A stretch of DNA of 64,000 nucleotides, taken from Phoronis australis (Eukaryota > Animalia > Phoronida). Below are positions 13,201-25,207 of the stretch, piece after piece. The stretch lies in NCBI GenBank assembly GCA_002633005.1, contig NMRA01000255.1, forward strand, positions 104,062 to 168,061, given 5' to 3'. A program made the position numbers and the translations under genes. The notes beneath the pieces are model-generated. The model did not search any database, was not told the DNA's origin, and saw only the letters and a program-made list of their open reading frames with translations. Within the stretch, counting starts at the first letter, position 1; each line of letters opens with the position of its first letter.

Positions 13201-16200
13201 GAAGACCATCCCACCCAACAATAATCCACAAAATGCGTTTTTTAAAACCTTAAAAGGTCTTAGAATGGAAAATGTCCCTTTAACCTCTCTCACTCTCTCG
13301 AAGCTCTGATCCGCCTACGAGGGACAACAGAGGTCGATGATGAAATACTCGAGATGGAGACCGAAGAGGAGGAGATGCGAAAAGTAGACACTTTCACTAT
13401 AAAGCAGCTCTTTACCAGTAAAACCTTCAGAAGGTCTCTCATCATTGTCATAGTACTTCAAGTGGCGCAGCAGTTCTCCGGCATCAACTTCGTAAGTGTT
13501 AACGCTTTAATTAGAGGTCTTGAATTTTTAAATTGAAAAAAATATCTCAAAAGCATAGTTTTGCCTCTACTCTTTGAAACTTCAACCAAAACAAGACGTC
13601 AAAAGCTGTTTACTTACGTGTAAAATAATCTTGTTAATATACTTTTTGTATGAACACGCCTTTGCCAGTCAAAGGAAATAACTTTTTTTAGACGGCTTTC
13701 TGTGATGCAATTTGTTTTACCTGTAAATGGTTGCTCACTCATATGAAAATGGGAAGTGATGACAGTTCCGTAGGGTTTGAGACCATGCTCGGCGAAAAAA
13801 ATGACCTGCCATGATAAACCAACTTATCGAGCCTGTTCTCGATCAATGAGTAACTCTCAGTTCTTTTCCAGACCAGGAATCGTGGCAGACAATTTCCTGT
13901 GTGTCGTCGCCACTAGTACCCTCTTAGTAACCGCACCCACTGATTTTGCCAATTAGTACTCAAAGCATTATTGTGATTGGGCAACACAAAAATTCACTGA
14001 AATTGGTACTGCTTTCTTTTTCATTAGTCCTCCGCGTTTGCGCTTGATGACGTCATACATGAGACCACTGGCTTTTATTGTCGTCCAGGAATTTCTTCTC
14101 TAAGAAACAAACTAAGACAACATTTATATCGACAACAATTAATAAGTGTCCTAAATAAAATATTAGGCTTTGGCGGCTTTATAGCTTATCTTGAACCGTA
14201 GCACCTGTGAATTTGCTGTGATCCCACTAGTGCCATAAATTACCACATGTAATAATTTTTTTGTCTACGTCACAGCTGCAAATAACACCCGCACGCAATG
14301 GTGCTCTATTCAGATCCCTATTCAATACAACTGTTATCGGTCTTTTGTTGTTTGTGCTGGGATCTCGTGGTGACGCAAAAGGGCATAGAGTTGCGTGAAT
14401 AAACTCGGGTTTTCTTATTTTGCTCAGGCTTCCTTAGGACTACCTGGTTTGCCCAATACATGTAATAACAAAATTCCGTTGAAGTTAGGTTTTAAAACAA
14501 ATAATAAGAATTTCTGTGCGTCTTGAAATTTGCATAACTTGTTTAGGAAGTCGTACATCTGAGGGCTCCCTAATACAATTGATACACATAATTTCGCTGC
14601 ATTAATCGCGCAGATGTTGCTATTTGAGTGATTCAAGTGCCCACAAATCACGTTAGTGGCACTGACAAAGTGGCGACTTTTGCCGAGTTGAAAGGCATGG
14701 TCAACTATCTGCGTTGTTGTCGGAGAAGATTTAACTAGGATATATCTGTAGACAAGCTACTACAAAAAACTGCTCTGTATACCTGGTTGGTGTCTGAGAT
14801 AAAACTAGGAGGAATATTTTATTTATTTCAATGTGAAGTGCTCATTTAATTAACCTTGCACTGTACTGAAAAGTATTGAAATTGTTTTTTGTTTAAAACT
14901 CAACTTTTTCAGCGTATGATTATACGTCATAATAGGAAACATATTTCTCTAAAGTTTATAATGTACAAATTGTGCTTTGAGTTCATTTTTGTAGCGTATT
15001 ACATTCTACTTCAGAACATATTAAAATAACAAAATCTGAAAAATCTTAGTTGATTCACAGAAATAGGCTACATTTGGATTATGAAGTGTGGGGATTCCTT
15101 AAATCCTTCATCCTAACAGCTTCATAATTTTTTATTATCCCGCTTGTGAATTTAACTATCTAGATGTAACCCTCAACTACCTTAAACGCTTGAAAACCAT
15201 GCGTCCAATATGTCTAAAAGGTTACATTTTTACCTCATATCTGAGGGTGACAAGTGGCAAAAACAGTTATGGGTGGAATCAATACAACGACTAACACTCT
15301 CTCATACATGTATGTCAGGTATTAAACTGGACGATACCAGGACACATCAGCTACTTGCACATGTAACAGGTGATGGGGGTACAAAGGTTAGAACACTGAA
15401 CAGCCTCCAAAGTGCTAAAATCGTCACTGTTGGCACAACTTAGAATCATTTGAATTGTATGTCATTGCTTTGTGGATAGAAACATTTTCGCCGAATTTCA
15501 TGAACTTCCACCAAAGAAATCTTATTATTGAAACTGCCACCATCTGGGCCAGCAATAGTCGAATCATCTAAAATTTGTGATCGTTCGATTTCGTTACTGC
15601 AGGAACATACTTGCAAAAATGAAAGAAAGCCCCTTCATAGCTTTTACGAGATACAGCTGCACACTGCTATTGGTCAAGGACTGTAAAATACGCGATTGTA
15701 TGTCCTTTTCATCCGTTGTTTCTTAAAGACAAACAAAAACCCCAATTTCATATCCCGCAAATTTTTGTCCGCACAACACCTCAAAAATGGTTAAAATCGA
15801 ATGCTAGTAATTTGGCAAAATTTATCCGAATTTTGTGGCTTCAATAACGGTTACCGGAAACCTCTTTGAAAATGTAAAGATTGTCTTCTGGTAGATCAGG
15901 TTCAATGTCTACCTAAAAATTATAAAGAATTTTTCGTCCCCGTGCTTTAAACTGTTTTAAAAGTATTTTACTAATACTGAACCTCTTCGATCTAGAAAAT
16001 GAACTATTTTGGGCCAAAATATTCACGATGCTCTATCTTAAGACTAAAAATGTTGAAATAAACATTTTGAACTATTCTCACCAAGATGTACTGTATGAAC
16101 ACACAACTTTTTTCAAGTTCTGAGTCGGTTACACTAGAGTCGACCTTTTGCTGTTCTGGTGGAATGACTGTTAAATACTTCATCGGCACAGTTCAGACAA

Positions 16201-19200
16201 CTAAAGATTGATGAAATTGAAATTCTTGAAACTACAGTATGGGTCATGTTTCAGATATTTTTCTACTCTGGTGAAATGTTTGACGCTGCTGGACTCGGGC
16301 AAAACAAGCAGTACGCAGTACTTTCCACTGGAATAATCAACTTCATCGCCACCATCGTCTCGGTAAATAGAGAAAACGTCCTTTACTATATTTCACATGT
16401 TGGTTTCTAAGCATTGGGTGCTAGGCACTTTTGTTCACAGCTTTCTTTCCTGCACTGTCATTCGTGCTCCAACTCATTCCACTTACGCCGCGTCCAAATC
16501 TTAAATTTAACTGTATTCTGGCACTACAGAGGAAACGCGTAGCTACTGCAAAGCAGTACGTATGGCCTCTCGTGGCAAATTTAGGAAGGGCCGAGGACCC
16601 AGCCCTTAGACCAACAATAAACTAGTAAAAATGAATTGTGTTTTCTAGATCACAGCTTAAAAACCTAATCTACAATTATACAGCGTACACAATTTGGCAA
16701 GGAAACGCACCATCAATCAAAAGAAATGAGAGCCTCGCTTCTTAATTTCCCAGTTACTTATGCTTCGTGGTCCTGCTATCCCATATTGTAAATGTTACGC
16801 AGGCATTGCTCCTGAAAAGACTCATCCAGAACATTCGTGGCCTAAACTTACTTCTCAACGGGAGTGAGCGGTGTCTGTACTTGGGTACATTAGACACTAC
16901 GGATATACCCGAGATGTTCCGCAAAGGCCCTCCCAGGACCGATGCTGCGTCATGTGTGATCGTATATGCAGACTGCTTAAATGATTAGCGTCGGATTTAC
17001 AATCACGAATAGTTATCATCATAAACGCATTAGGCGGCACTCAAGGGACAGCTGTCTCCCGTATTCTGCGCAGGAATAACTGAGTCAATTAACGGGTGAA
17101 CAATGCATCCATCTTTGAGCAAAAAACCCTACTCTGGGGAGCGATTTCTGTCTCGAAAAACACACCCCTGGGTTATTTGAAAATGATTCATACAAACACT
17201 GTAGTTAAGTTCGCCAAAAAAAACTATGATTAGACAAAATCATTGTTTTGATCATTGGTGACTATCAAAATTTTGTAACTTGTTTTACAATACAAATGTT
17301 CAGTGGCACTAATTTTAACTCAAGCAATTTTGATGCGTTTGTCGGAATTTTTGTTCGAGTACTGCAAAATTGGATTAAGTACTGGTATATGTTTATTTGA
17401 ACCATAAAATACTCGAGCACACGTTCTTCAGCTAATACTTGAGAAGTGCAGAGATGTGAAAAATAAGTTGGTGTTTCACTTTAAATATGGAAATTGGAAG
17501 GAAAAAAATATTCGTGGCAAAAATGGACGAAGTGCCGATAAACCAAACTTTGTTTAGTTTCATGCCATGAACTTGAAGTAATGGATAATTCCGACATGTT
17601 AGTCAAACTGATAACTCCAGCCAATAAGATCGCGGTAACACGAAAACACAACGATGGTTATGAAGGAAAGCCTTAAGACGGTTTTACGATGTTCTCGGGG
17701 TACTTGCAATAAAGATCGACGATATGCAGAGAACGAAAGAAGGAAATTCCTTGAAGCCGATAAAAACGTGACAAATTTCACGAGACATGGGAATACCCTT
17801 GGATAAACCATAAATTATTATCGAGTATCTAGGGATAAACAACCACAAAGTGAAAGAAATTTACCTTTATAACATTTCTCATTTTTATGATGCAGCTCTA
17901 TAGGGCAATAGTTTGGGCGACATACCATAGCATATCGTAGAGAATCTGCTTACAAATGACTTTCCGACATTTTGACTTTGCGCTTGTGAAACTTTGCAAC
18001 GGTAGCTTTGGTAGGCGTGGCCTAACTGCGTTTGTCGGAATTATCCATTTCCATCCACCCACCCTTAGGTTCGGCGAATATGCAGCAGTAAATTTAACTG
18101 TGGTGGTGATTTTGTTGCTGTTCTTGAACACCAAAGTTTCGCCTTTTTTCTGTCAAAGTCCTTTAACTTAGAAAACTTGTTTGGTTATCTTTAATTTGGT
18201 TACTGACGTATACTCCCGTAAATAATTCACGCACATTTTAAGATCTCTGATAGCATCTTTGGGGCCCGATTTCTTGTCTATCAATTAATGCCACGAACAT
18301 AGAATTATGTGTTGATCTTAATACCTATGAGATTTAACATGGCCACTCTACAGTATCCGACCTGCCAGATAGTATTCGCATGATCACGTCATCTGGTGGA
18401 CCCTATCCAATAACTGTGGATGAACTTTTTAAATTCAGTGTTGTTACCACTTATTATTGAATGTTTAGTTGGCATGCGACTTTTGCTGCCTCTTTATATC
18501 CCCCATTGCAAACCCAATGGTATACTCAGAATCTCACACTATTCCTAAGAATTACCCACGGTCAAGTATTTGCAAGCGTGACCGCCGAAAGATTCCGGAT
18601 TAATACGTTGGGCACATTTTGGACGTTGTTCTACCGATTTCGCCAATTGAACTCTGTCCCGATTTTTAGTCGGATCAGTAGTAGCGTGTAAATTAGTGAT
18701 TTTTGGTGGGGACGTTCGATGGTGCTCCCAATAATTGAGATAGAATTCAAGGCGAAGGCAACCTTTTTCATGTCATTTTTAGCAAAAATAAGGTTCGTTG
18801 ATTATCCCAGACATATTTTTCACATATTTACTGCTTTTCGTAATTTAATTTAACTCGTCGTCCTCTCCGGAAGTGACGTTTTGGGAGGCAAGAATTTCGC
18901 GCCAATTTCTTTTCATATAGTCTGACTGTGAGAGCAGTCGAGTCAGTCATTGTTTTACCTCGGTTGTGATAAGTTCGGTCGTCGTTTGCTTTTGCTTAAG
19001 AGTCAGTCAACATGCCACGCTGTTGCTGCGTACTGGGGTGTACTCATTATCGTCTCACGTACAGAGGAAGAACTGTCCCACTTGCCCGAGTGTCCCGCGA
19101 AACACTCCCACTGGAGGGTGATCTGAGCACCCAAACTGCTTACATCCCGCCGTGTGACTCCCTCATCACACACCTGGCACCTTCCAAATAGCTCCAATAC

Positions 19201-22200
19201 AAGTCTACAATAAACTTATCAAACTTAGGCTCACCGATCTGTTCATTGGATGACGAACTGTCCTCTTCACTGGGTGTCGAACTGGGCCTGTATTCACCTG
19301 CACTACTCAACATCGCTGCAGGGCTGCTTATACAGGCTCTGCCGGGGCTAGAGACAAAAACACAAGGCGAATCACTGCTAGTTCCCGGAATTGCACGCAA
19401 TGGGGTACGTTCAAAGGCACGGGTGATAGTAGATGAAGTGCCTTCAGTCACTGTATATAGTGGCCACAGCTCGCGAGGCTTCTCGCTTCAACAACACTTT
19501 TCTCGGGGTTGGCGACGGGGCACTGCCGGGAATCAACAGCGACGGTATGGTACCCTTCTTCAGACGTTGTTTCGCAGGGACCTTCATCAATTCAGCGTAC
19601 ATATCTGTCATAACCTGACGGCAGAAAATGCTTGCCACACACTTGGTAACCCTCCACTGCTTTGTACGTTGCGTGGACGGGTAGCGCTGCGTTCTTCACA
19701 TGAACGAGCTAGCCAAGTACGGCGAAATGTGTCATCCTTCGGAAAGCGACGCAAGGTACCCAAAGCGCGTGTGAGACGATAATGAGTACATCCCGGCACG
19801 CAGCAACAGCGTGGCATGTTGACTGACTTGTAAACAAAAGCAAACGACGACCGAAATTATCACAACCGAGGTAGAACAATGACCGACTCGACAGCTCTCA
19901 CAGTCAGACCATAATGAAAAGAAATTGGCGCGAAACTCTTGCCTCCCAAAACGTCACTTCCGGAGTAGAGGACGAGAAATTAAACAAATTACGAAAAGCT
20001 GTAATTAAGTGAAAAATATGTCTAGGATAATCAACGAACCTTATTTTTGCTAAAAATGACATGAAAAAGGTTGCCTTCGCCTTTAATTGGCGAAATCGAC
20101 CGAACATCGCCCGATATGTGACCAAGGAGTGAAGAGTACTTATTCTGAAGTCTTGCAATTCAACATGCAGAAAAGTCGAATTGCGCGTATATAAGATGTG
20201 TCATCATTTCAGAGATACGTTGATTCTGATACACATGATTATTCGTTTATGAAAAACGACTGAAATTATTTATGAGTTATACGCGAGTTCTTGTCTCTTA
20301 TAAACAGGTCTTGTTCGAAATTGGTGTTTCATTTGATATCGTTTGGAATTCGGGAAAACCTGTACTCAGCCATTCGACTACCAAACAGCAAATTTCACAG
20401 ATGATTTTGCCAGTGTGAAGAAACGCTTTATTGATGTTTCTGTGTGTGTTGTGACGTATGTTGATCAAATTTGGGCATCTATCGCATGATATACGCACCC
20501 CCATACAGCTTCGTCCAAATATTCTTGCCTGTCTTCCAGCTGTACCTATTAGAAAAGATTGGACGACGTCCTCTGTTGATCTATCCTCTTGTAATGATGG
20601 GTGTGGCCAGTGGTGTGCTGGTAATAACGTTGCAGTACCAAAGTGTCGCCATCCTTAACATCGTTCTAACATGCATCTACATAGTCGGCTTTGCCGTCGG
20701 CCTAGGTAAGTTGCAGTACCGGACGATCTAAACTAGATTGTAAAATTGCGTTTTCATCTTATTCGGTCACCTTTACTTCTCAATTTACCAAAGCAGTAAA
20801 CACAGTGGTCATCCCAGATAATCATATGACATAGTATGGTCATATGACATGATATGTCCTCGTACGACCACTCCCTTGCATGGAACAGTTCTAAATAGAT
20901 GATACTCAACTAAGTTATCTAAATCTTCTGCCTATTTGTTTTTTGGTTACACATAAATTATAATTTTTCCATCGTTTGGTTATTATTGAGCTCCTCATTG
21001 ACTAACGGCATTTTCTAACAATATATCTGAAACCGAGTCCTTATTTCAATGAAAAGGGACTTAGTCCTTAAATTAGGGGCGTTGCATGACAAGATACCTT
21101 AGTATTTTCACAACAGGTATTGATAATTCAACATAGACTCCACGGTCTGTGCTGCTTATGAAAATAAAAGGACATAAGAAAGGACAATGAGTGATTTCAC
21201 AAACAATTGCGGTGAAAAAATTAGAAACATAGTTGAGCCCCTATTTAGGATCACTGTTTTATGCAACCGGGCACAAACGTGTTTGCCGCTAGGCGTGCTA
21301 TTAAAATCAGCATATCTTGGCTGGACATGCCCTTCAACAAGTGAATCACTTGCACGTACTATTGAATTAAACACACAAGTCATAACCTGATGTGCGCACG
21401 AACAAAAACAAGCACCAGAACTTCAAATTCCTACATCCGCAGTCATTCGAAAGAAAGTTTTGTCAGCCCAGAGATGACACACGAATCATGCTCGTGCAAA
21501 TTAGTTCGCGATTCATAGGCATACGTTTGAGGTAAGCACACACAACGTTGTCGAAATTATGATGCAGTCGTTCATGAGGACAATGCAGGTAGAATGATTA
21601 GAGACTCAAGTTGATCGATTGTGTGTCTGGGCTACAAGAAAGGCACGCAATACGGAGATCACACGCACACGCACACGCACACGCACACACACACACACAC
21701 ACACACAGGCTGGTGAAAGCACCTGGAGGTTTTCTCAGAGCAGTGTAATGACTTCCGGCGTTACAATGTGTCGTTGCTCGGCTAACCGTGTGATACTTTT
21801 CAAGTTGCCTAGGTGGTGAATGCTGTATTTCTGAACGAACTAACCAGCAGAAACAGCAAAACCCATAAGTTTCTGAACGATTCAACAAATGGCGAACAGA
21901 CGAGGATTTAAATCAGAGCAAAAACATGCCACATGAAGAAATCAGAGGTCATATAATGCAACAAATACAGACCGATCCCTCGAGCATGCCACATCACATG
22001 ACTACCAGGAGAGCAACGTTACACTACCCCAGTCCATATGAGCTGATATTGGTCTTAGGATCGGTCAATATTTAGTGCCATATAGAACTAAGCTGTATTT
22101 TTTATATATTTTATTTGTTTATTTCAGTCGAACAATTGACGATAAAAAGAATTTGAACCATTACAAATAACTTATTGTATTTTCAGGACCAATCCCACCT

Positions 22201-24067
22201 TTCGTCGCCTCCGAAGTATTCACGCAAGAGCCACGCCCAGCTGCCATGACAGTGGGAACCTTTGTGAATTTTACTTGCACTCTTGTTGTAGCTCTTATTA
22301 CGCCCATCTTGAGAGTAAGCGTATGCCTTGTCCTTGCAATACATGTATATAGCACCGAAAGAGGAATTCCGGTAAACATTGGCCAAAATTGTAGTTGGCT
22401 AAATTTTGAATCCCACAGGCCAATTAATTGACTCCTGCACCCTCGCGTTGGATTTACTGGTGAGGGGCAAGGGGGTCATGCCCCCTAAAATTCTCCAATA
22501 ATCTATTTGGCAGTTCGGGGTTGCGAATGTCTGACCGGCAAAATCCTGGGTGACACTCCCCTGGTCCTTCTAACTCAAAATTCTGGATCCGTCCCTGGTC
22601 TATATGAAAGTGCACTACGCGTAGCCGCTATGCGTAGTGAACTTTTATATAGTACCCGCGTGGCTCGATGGCTGAAGAGCAAGTTTCTCAAAAGACTTTG
22701 GTTGTTTCAGTTTTATGGGTCTTTTGTGACGTGGCCCATTGCTGTAGGTAACACCCGGCCTTCAGTGCTCCCATACAGATAGCGTAGATGCGAAAGATAT
22801 AAGATAACAGGCAACGTGAAATCAACTAAAAACGGTATCACGCTTTGTGGAAACAACAGCTCCAAAATGGCAACCGCATGCTGATTCTAGTTTTCAATTA
22901 AACCATTATGAAAATTTAAGTACGTATTAGAAGTGGAAATTTATTTGAAAATCGGTAATCTTTAAATGATTGTGTGTGAAAAGTTTTACACGTCTTCGCT
23001 GAGCAAACCACAGACTGGCAGTAAAAACTGATCATCTGTTAAATACTGACTATAAAAAAATGTTCTCACTATGCTCGCAGTTCGAACTGAGTCGAAGATT
23101 GATATCACTTTTTATTCGCTTGTGCTCTTCTCTGAAATTAGTGTTAAATACATAAGCGGAAGCCTGTGGACAAATGCGTCCAGGTAGGTTGTTAAGGAAA
23201 CCTGATACCCCAGTTCTAGAGCGCTTAGCTCGCCAATATATTTATTTATATGTAGTACTTTGGGCCAATGGTCAAGTTTTCAAATAAATGTAGATTATTA
23301 AACGACGAGGCTGCTACTTCCCGTATCTAGTTTTTGAATGGATTTTGGTGAATAATAACCCTCGGGGTTAGCACCCCTGGGTGACAATTCCTTTCAAGCC
23401 ACAAGGGGCCTAGACAGCTAACTGCTGATGACATGTAATAATCGAAATGTATCCCATTTCCAGCATTCAACTTTGCAAAATCACAAAACAAAAATTATAT
23501 TTACCTTTGGTTGCGCTTCACGTCCGTCATCCCCCTGCAACGCAGTACGAGCGTTTTTTTTTAAACATCGAAGCATGTTAGTAATGTTTTCCCGCCAAAT
23601 CGTTATCTCCCACGGGAAGCAATTGTACGGATTATTACGCGGTACAGCCCAGGCTTGTATTTGGCGAGCATGCATGGTAAACACCATACACCTACACGCA
23701 TTCATTCCAGGACACCATCCAATCGTACGTGTTCATCATCTTCATCGTCTTCATTGTGGCCAGCGTCGCTTTCGTCATCGTGGTTGTACCAGAGACAAAG
23801 AACCGCACGTTCGAAGATATATTCCAGCAACTGGCCAACATTGACGTAAAGGAGCCAACGCCAAAAAAGGGGGCAGAGATGAACCAGTTCCGGGACTCGG
23901 TGAAGCTGGAGAATGTGCCGGAGGAATCGCCGTCTTTAGCCCAGCCGGTGGCCAACACCATTGAAAGCTCAGTGAAGCCGCCTGCAGAGACGTACGATGA
24001 AGTCCTGCAGCTTCCTGGAGAGGCTGACGTGCCACAAGACAACGCCAACTCAGAAACAGACATTTAA
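1283..24067 (+). CDS. SLC2A: Facilitated sugar transporter, SLC2A/GLUT family (MFS sugar porter), ~551 aa, 11 coding exons: join(1283-1339,2346-2444,3688-3836,5346-5470,12274-12414,12790-12927,13304-13491,16255-16362,20540-20705,22187-22314,23711-24067)
   Basis: Exons joined with GT-AG ends and consistent phases give sugar-porter motifs: FLFGYNIGVLN (TM1), LGRKKA, GRAVVG, PEIS..SVRGA...HQL, PDSPRYLL, QQFSGIN.IFFYS, EKIGRRPLL, GLGPIP, EVFTQEPRPAA, PETKNRTFEDI. The first coding exon (1283-1339) is tentative. Two acceptors are AAG (3687, 13303). The specific paralogue cannot be assigned. Confidence 0.93.
5621..5717. repeat. Small inverted-repeat (MITE-like) element
   Basis: gctaagcctgg..ggtacacgtga pairs with tcacgtgtacccccaggcttagc. 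Confidence 0.45.
5840..6620 (+). mobile_element. Penelope-like retroelement remnant (RT C-terminal part + GIY-YIG endonuclease)
   Basis: Decayed motifs SPVTANSYMENFE, YVD, KPTDADQY, LTKCGY, and VYGIQCEEEQCDQCYVGE...LKKSMYQH (GIY-YIG); many stops and frameshifts. Confidence 0.8.
10005..10162 (-). mobile_element. ~155-bp MITE family A, copy 1 (CAGGGGCGGATCCAGG...TAAATCCGCCACTG ends, hAT-like)
   Basis: Homologous to 12043-12198 (opposite orientation) and 22443-22597; CAG...CTG imperfect TIRs; no clear TSD seen. Confidence 0.7.
12043..12198 (+). mobile_element. ~155-bp MITE family A, copy 2
   Basis: caggggagcatccatgattttg...cctaaatccgccactg; shares internal sequence with the other two copies. 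Confidence 0.7.
14243..14495 (+). repeat. Interspersed repeat family D, copy 1 (ends in TTAA)
   Basis: Colinear with 36478-36825 (cagctgcaaataacacc...ctattcaatacaactgt...gactacctggtt.gcccaatacat...aagttagg.tttaa). Confidence 0.7.
17655..17805 (+). mobile_element. Possible second THAP-type transposon N-terminal remnant
   Basis: Translation MV...VLRCSRGTCNKDRRYAE resembles the RCAWGTCNSD.RY start of an invertebrate TE-associated THAP subtype; the rest is degraded. Confidence 0.3.
18750..20082 (-). mobile_element. Kolobok-like non-autonomous DNA transposon with ~310-bp inverted arms and a frameshifted THAP-transposase N-terminus
   Basis: AGGCGAAGG...CCTTCGCCT termini; TTAA at 20083-20086 and TTCA at 18746-18749; arms 18750-19058 and 19771-20082. 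Minus-strand fragments from 19817: MPRCCCVPGC..RRFPKD...W, VCGKHF, MYAELM...RLKKGTIPS (THAP), then KFIV...LELFGRCQVC...GAQITLQWECFAGHSGKWDSS (Kolobok-type Zn motif). Confidence 0.85.
21661..21706. repeat. Compound microsatellite (CACGCA)n(CA)n
   Basis: Read directly. Confidence 0.9.
22443..22597 (-). mobile_element. ~155-bp MITE family A, copy 3
   Basis: ggattta...ccccctaaaattc...tttggcag...caaaatcctgg...caaaattctggatccgtccctg. Confidence 0.65.
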
Positions 24068-25001
24068 AGAGAAAACCGCATATCTAATGAACTATGTTGC
24101 CCAAAAGCGCACTAGAGAAACAGTTGTAAACTTTTTAAACTTATGTTATATTTATGCGTAACCTTTACCGAAACGTTTTAAGATTGTCGTATTAATTGGA
24201 GATACGCGGATTTCAAAGGTTTACGTGATTGGCACTTAAATGCATGTCCAAGTTGAGCAATGTGGGTCACTAATAACGAATACGAGTTGCCTGTAATAGA
24301 AACTTAACAACCACTACCCGTAACGACACTCGTCGGCGTACTTTCTTTATGTGTTGCCACCTTTCGTGAAACCCTTGGTCTGTTCCAAGATCATCTACGG
24401 CAATAAAACAAGCGTTTGTCTCTAAAATCTCTGTTCGTTCTTCGTCTGTACGTGTTTTTTTGCTCTTCCAAAACAACGTCGTTGTGTTCTTTGCCGATTG
24501 CATGAATTAAAACTGGTTGTAATGAAACTCCCCGAAAGGCGACTGAAACTAATACGCTGCAATGAAACCAGCAATGAAACTTCTTCAACCTGCGTGGTCT
24601 GAAGTTGCCAAGTACTGTTCAATTCTAGTCGTTTCAAACCAGAAACTCATTTCTACTCCAAGGAAGGAACACTGTATTACATCATTTTTATGATGGTATG
24701 TGGCCGAACCCAAACGTTTTTGACACAAGACACGAGTTTACCACTTCTTTAAAAAACAAAATCCAACGCAAATATCAACCGTGAGGTAGATACGGTGGAA
24801 ATACCAAATCAATTGTATGTTATGCACAAGTATTAAACTCGTGGATTCATTAACTACATGTAGATACAATCTAGAACTACACAATCCCTGGATATGAAAA
24901 ACTCGTAAATGCCTGTATTAACGACCATGTGCCTATTTATAAACCATTTTTTCAAAGAAACGTTTATGCTCAATACCTTTACGTAACAATAACGCCATGT
25001 C

Positions 25002-25207
25002 TTAAAAGGATACTAAACCCGGTTTTGGCCTATTAATAGAAATTAAAAACAACTTTCCCCATCCAGTTCCCTGAAATCCTTTGTAACCCTCGACAACTCT
25101 CAAAACTAGGACAACTCTCTTTAACTTGGAAGATAGATGCCAATGATGCATAAGCAGTGACAGAACGAGGATTGGTGTAAGTCAAACAGGGTTTAGTATA
25201 CTTTTAA
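25002..25207. mobile_element. TTAA-flanked MITE family B (TIR AAGGATAC(T/C)AAACCC), copy 1
   Basis: ttaa|aaggatactaaaccc ... gggtttagtatactt|ttaa. Confidence 0.75.

Noticed and set aside
12784-13293. 169-aa minus-strand ORF
   Set aside because: Overlaps a GLUT exon and intron antisense; no domain signature.
19246-19782. 178-aa plus-strand ORF inside the THAP element
   Set aside because: Antisense shadow of the GC-richer minus-strand transposase fragment; no domain recognised.
24270-24640. Short minus-strand ORFs downstream of the GLUT stop
   Set aside because: Possibly a TE remnant in the 3' UTR, but motifs are too weak to call.
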